35,845 bases of DNA from a virus, in the IMG/VR virus record IMGVR_UViG_3300017739_000038, one strand, 5' to 3'. The position numbers and the translations under genes are program-made. Under the pieces are notes generated by a model. It did not search any database. It had not been told where the DNA came from and saw only the letters and a list, made by a program, of their open reading frames with translations. Numbering within the stretch: position 1 is the stretch's first letter; the number at the start of each line of letters is the position of its first letter. Shown in pieces: positions 33,679 to 35,845 of this stretch.

Positions 33679-35018
33679 TACCAAGCTGTTAAGGTTAACT
33701 CTGAAATATCATAGGAATCCAGAACTTCTGTTGGAAACTTCCATTTCCAGTTATCAACTTTATAGCTTTGATTTAGATTATCATAAGCAATCTTATCAAA
33801 ATTAACCTCCTCATGAATACTAAAATCTAATATACCAAACTCTAAAACATTTTCTTGATATCCCTGTAAAAAGTCTAAATACAATCTAGGGTCAACTAAC
33901 TTATCAATGTACATTGGAACATATATTGCTTTAGCGTCTTTGATTTTACCAGTCATTAACTTATCATCAGATATATAAAACATTTTTTTTATCCAGATTC
34001 TAAGCTTTACCTTACTTTCTAATCTTTTCAATACATCAATTTGATTTACTCCATGAATAGTATCTGTATTGTTAGGATAAAACTTTCTACACTTATTCAT
34101 CTTAGAAGTATCATATCCCCACTCAATCATCTTTTCAGTAGTATCTGTATTTAAAGGTTTGATTATAGTAGAATCTACATTGTTATATAACCATTGCCTA
34201 TAATTAATCCTCCTTTGTCTCTTCAGTTCATTAAGCTCATCTCTAAGCTCTGAAGTCTCTGGAAAATATGTTACATTAACTTTGTCATGAAACTCATTTG
34301 TCATAACCATAAAATTAGAAGTGTTGAGTAAAAGTCTTTGATATAGAGCAAAATCATTTGCAATATTTATATAGTCAATTTTGTTATACTCATCATTATA
34401 ATGCGTATGAAATCTTCTACCAAGCTCTAATTTATAAACATAGTATTTTCCTTTATTACTATCTTCAGAATCATGTGTAAAATAAACTTGATATTTAATA
34501 AAAGCTCCCAAATCTTCTGAAAGCTCTCTAATATCTCTGTATATGTTTTTAGCAAAAGTTTCAGACATACCACAGATATTTTTATCAAGATACCTAACTC
34601 TTATTTTACTCTCATAAGTATCTTTATCAAAAAGATAAAAATATAAGTGAAATGAATCTTGAGAAAAGCCATTAGTATAAAAATCCTCAAAGATTTCATA
34701 GGTTATTTCACTACCAGATTTTGCTTCAATTATTGGTAGTAACTCTTCTCTTTCAGAATCTGAAAAATTAACAACTACATTTCTAATAGAATCATATTCT
34801 AAAATATCTGGACACCTCCAGAACTTTTTGAACCTAGTATCCCATACTAAAACATTATCCTCTAAAGTGTTTAACTCACTTAAATAAGCTTTATAAAGTT
34901 TTTTAATATCCTTTTTTTGCCTATTTAATTCTAGCTTATTAATCTTATTAATGCTAGTTTCTGCGTTAGATATTTGTTTATCTAACTCTTTGTATTTGTG
35001 TTCGTAATTATTATTCAT
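33678..35018 (-). CDS. large ORFan protein (446 aa from the ATG)
   Basis: A long open frame in a stop-rich AT genome. No motif recognised. The track start at 35039 is a TTG lying inside a TAGGTTTG box. The first ATG at 35018 gives MNNNYEHKYKELDK... Confidence 0.7.
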   Translation of the reverse strand: MNNNYEHKYKELDKQISNAETSINKINKLELNRQKKDIKKLYKAYLSELNTLEDNVLVWDTRFKKFWRCPDILEYDSIRNVVVNFSDSEREELLPIIEAKSGSEITYEIFEDFYTNGFSQDSFHLYFYLFDKDTYESKIRVRYLDKNICGMSETFAKNIYRDIRELSEDLGAFIKYQVYFTHDSEDSNKGKYYVYKLELGRRFHTHYNDEYNKIDYINIANDFALYQRLLLNTSNFMVMTNEFHDKVNVTYFPETSELRDELNELKRQRRINYRQWLYNNVDSTIIKPLNTDTTEKMIEWGYDTSKMNKCRKFYPNNTDTIHGVNQIDVLKRLESKVKLRIWIKKMFYISDDKLMTGKIKDAKAIYVPMYIDKLVDPRLYLDFLQGYQENVLEFGILDFSIHEEVNFDKIAYDNLNQSYKVDNWKWKFPTEVLDSYDISELTLTAW

Positions 35019-35036
35019 ATTATAAAAATTATGGTG

Positions 35037-35044
35037 CAAACCTA
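35037..35044 (-). promoter_or_regulatory. candidate Bacteroidota-type -7 promoter box (TAGGTTTG)
   Basis: Exact TAnnTTTG on the minus strand, 19 nt upstream of the ATG at 35018, with no clear TTTG -33 partner. The 8-mer is expected tens of times by chance in this genome. Confidence 0.25.
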
Positions 35045-35077
35045 AGTAAAAAGTTTATAACATTAATAATAAATTAT

Positions 35078-35099
35078 GTTAAAATTTTGTTAAAATTTC
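35078..35099. repeat. tandem 11-bp repeat GTTAAAATTT(T/C) x2
   Basis: gttaaaatttt is at 35078-35088 and gttaaaatttc at 35089-35099. It has the same TTTAAC half-site, 11-bp phase and orientation as the 32773 array, and lies upstream of the 446-aa gene. Confidence 0.85.
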
Positions 35100-35137
35100 A
35101 CTACCTTTGTATTTATGAATATGCCAAGCAAAATAAC

Positions 35138-35350
35138 CCTACTGCGTTTAAGAGTCAGAACTAAACAAACCTTACTGCGTTTAATGACTAAGGAAGCTTG
35201 GATGGAAATGTACTTAATTATCTGTTTAGCTTTTGCTTTTGTTACACTAACATTTTTATTTGTGTATGCAATCACATTTCTTTATGTTGAAGTAGCCCAC
35301 CCTATACCTATTGCGTTTAATGATTATATAATACCTACTGCGTTTAATGA
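35138..35350 (+). repeat. cluster of four direct copies of the 17-nt motif in a 2+2 arrangement
   Basis: The copies are 35138-35154 (exact), 35171-35187 (cttactgcgtttaatga), 35307-35323 (cctattgcgtttaatga) and 35334-35350 (exact). The last copy abuts the terL TAG stop at 35351-35353. Confidence 0.9.
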
Positions 35351-35845
35351 CTACCTTATTACATAAACGCCTTTATTTGCGTTGGCGAGGAAATACTGTG
35401 CTGAGTATCGAAGTGCGTCTAACTGATGGTTCCATTTATCAACAGGTTTTTCGTTCCTCTCATGCCAAACATAATTATTTAGCTCTTTTATCAGCTCTAC
35501 ACTATCAGCATCAATTATTAAATCATAGTCCTGAACCAGAGCAATCCCTGTCAGAATAGACCCACTGCGTTTAATGGTCGGCTTTAGGTTACAGTATTCT
35601 TGTAGCTCTGAGATAAGTCTAGGTTCTGCATTGTCACATACAATTATACTATCTTCTGCATAACGCCTATTGAGTTCTCCTATCTCTTTAGTAGATAAAC
35701 CTGGTTTAGCATACATAGTTTTAATCCACATAAGTTTCCTATCTTTATTTATTGCAACCTTTATAAGAGTTGTTGGGTCAACAGAGAATCCAAAGTCTTG
35801 TCCAAATATATAATCAGCATCATTATTAAATGGTCCTATCTTCCA
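35351..35845 (-). CDS. terL: terminase large subunit, C-terminal nuclease part. 35351..35722 is unique; 35723..35845 duplicates bases 1..123.
   Basis: ...IVCDNAEPRLISELQEYCNLKPTIKRSGSILTGIALVQDYDLIIDADSVELIKELNNYVWHE...DALRYS. It is in frame with 1..834 across the overlap. Confidence 0.9.
   Translation of the reverse strand, partial: WKIGPFNNDADYIFGQDFGFSVDPTTLIKVAINKDRKLMWIKTMYAKPGLSTKEIGELNRRYAEDSIIVCDNAEPRLISELQEYCNLKPTIKRSGSILTGIALVQDYDLIIDADSVELIKELNNYVWHERNEKPVDKWNHQLDALRYSAQYFLANANKGVYVIR
35723..35845. repeat. 123-bp end overlap identical to bases 1..123 (circular or permuted assembly closure)
   Basis: Direct comparison: aatccacataagtttcctatc...tggtcctatcttcca is present at both ends. 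Confidence 0.95.

Noticed and set aside
33084-35350. CRISPR-like array
   Set aside because: The repeats are only 15-17 nt. Spacers range irregularly from 0 to about 120 nt. Clusters hold only 4-5 copies, and there are no cas genes.
35115-35366. Plus-strand 83-aa ORF with a hydrophobic stretch, and the minus-strand 61-aa ORF at 35090..35275, across the right repeat cluster
   Set aside because: Both are stitched from repeat copies (LLRL / PTAFN; IKRS / LKRS). The minus-strand ORF starts at a GTG. Hydrophobic runs are expected from T-rich DNA. The plus ORF is kept only as a remote possibility of a small membrane protein.
1-35845. Temperate lifestyle or prophage features
   Set aside because: I could not find an integrase, excisionase, CI/Cro-like repressor pair or att-like site. 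Absence by eye is not proof, so lifestyle is left uncalled.

Overview
The window is one complete, end-overlapped copy of a strongly AT-rich tailed-phage genome. Bases 1-123 are identical to 35723-35845, and the junction lies inside the terminase large-subunit ORF. The unit length is therefore 35,722 bp, and the molecule is circular or circularly permuted in the assembly. Every credible gene is on the minus strand: about 55, including about a dozen ORFs below the 60-aa track cutoff that I translated by hand. Genes are tightly packed, with seven TAATG stop-start overlaps and no Shine-Dalgarno sequences. Together with the base composition this suggests a Bacteroidota (flavobacterial-type) host, but that is inference only.

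Modules in transcription order (high to low coordinate):
- ORFan genes (35018->31795), separated by repeat-rich intergenic regions.
- Virion module (31328->8540): neck proteins, three very large tail or baseplate-like proteins, tape measure, XkdF-type protease fusion, scaffold, major capsid, putative tail tube, portal with MuF-like tail, connector, fibres.
- Lysis: small membrane ORFs, holin, M15 peptidase.
- Recombination, replication and regulation: Erf, SSB-like, RecA-fold ATPase, RusA, sigma-70-like factor, PD-(D/E)XK exonuclease, DUF5664-like, DnaA-domain-IV-like.
- terS-like gene and terL.

I saw no integrase, repressor, tRNA, CRISPR array or transposase.

Most notable observations:
1. 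A 17-nt direct-repeat family (CCTACTGCGTTTAAKRA) has nine strong copies in two intergenic clusters that bracket an ORFan cassette. One cluster abuts the terL stop codon. Degenerate 17-bp-spaced pairs also occur at two other gene ends.
2. A U9 slippery run has a 105-codon start-less open -1 frame that ends in an ATGA overlap with the next gene. This is a candidate programmed frameshift, or alternatively a homopolymer sequencing error.
3. TTTAAC half-sites phased at 11 bp occur in both orientations next to the repeat clusters.
4. A set of tiny, extremely basic MPG-initiated peptides sits beside a polypurine tract.
5. The C-terminus of a 981-aa tail protein carries a complete amicyanin-like type-1 copper ligand pattern.

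All functional calls rest on motif recognition by eye. No database search was possible.
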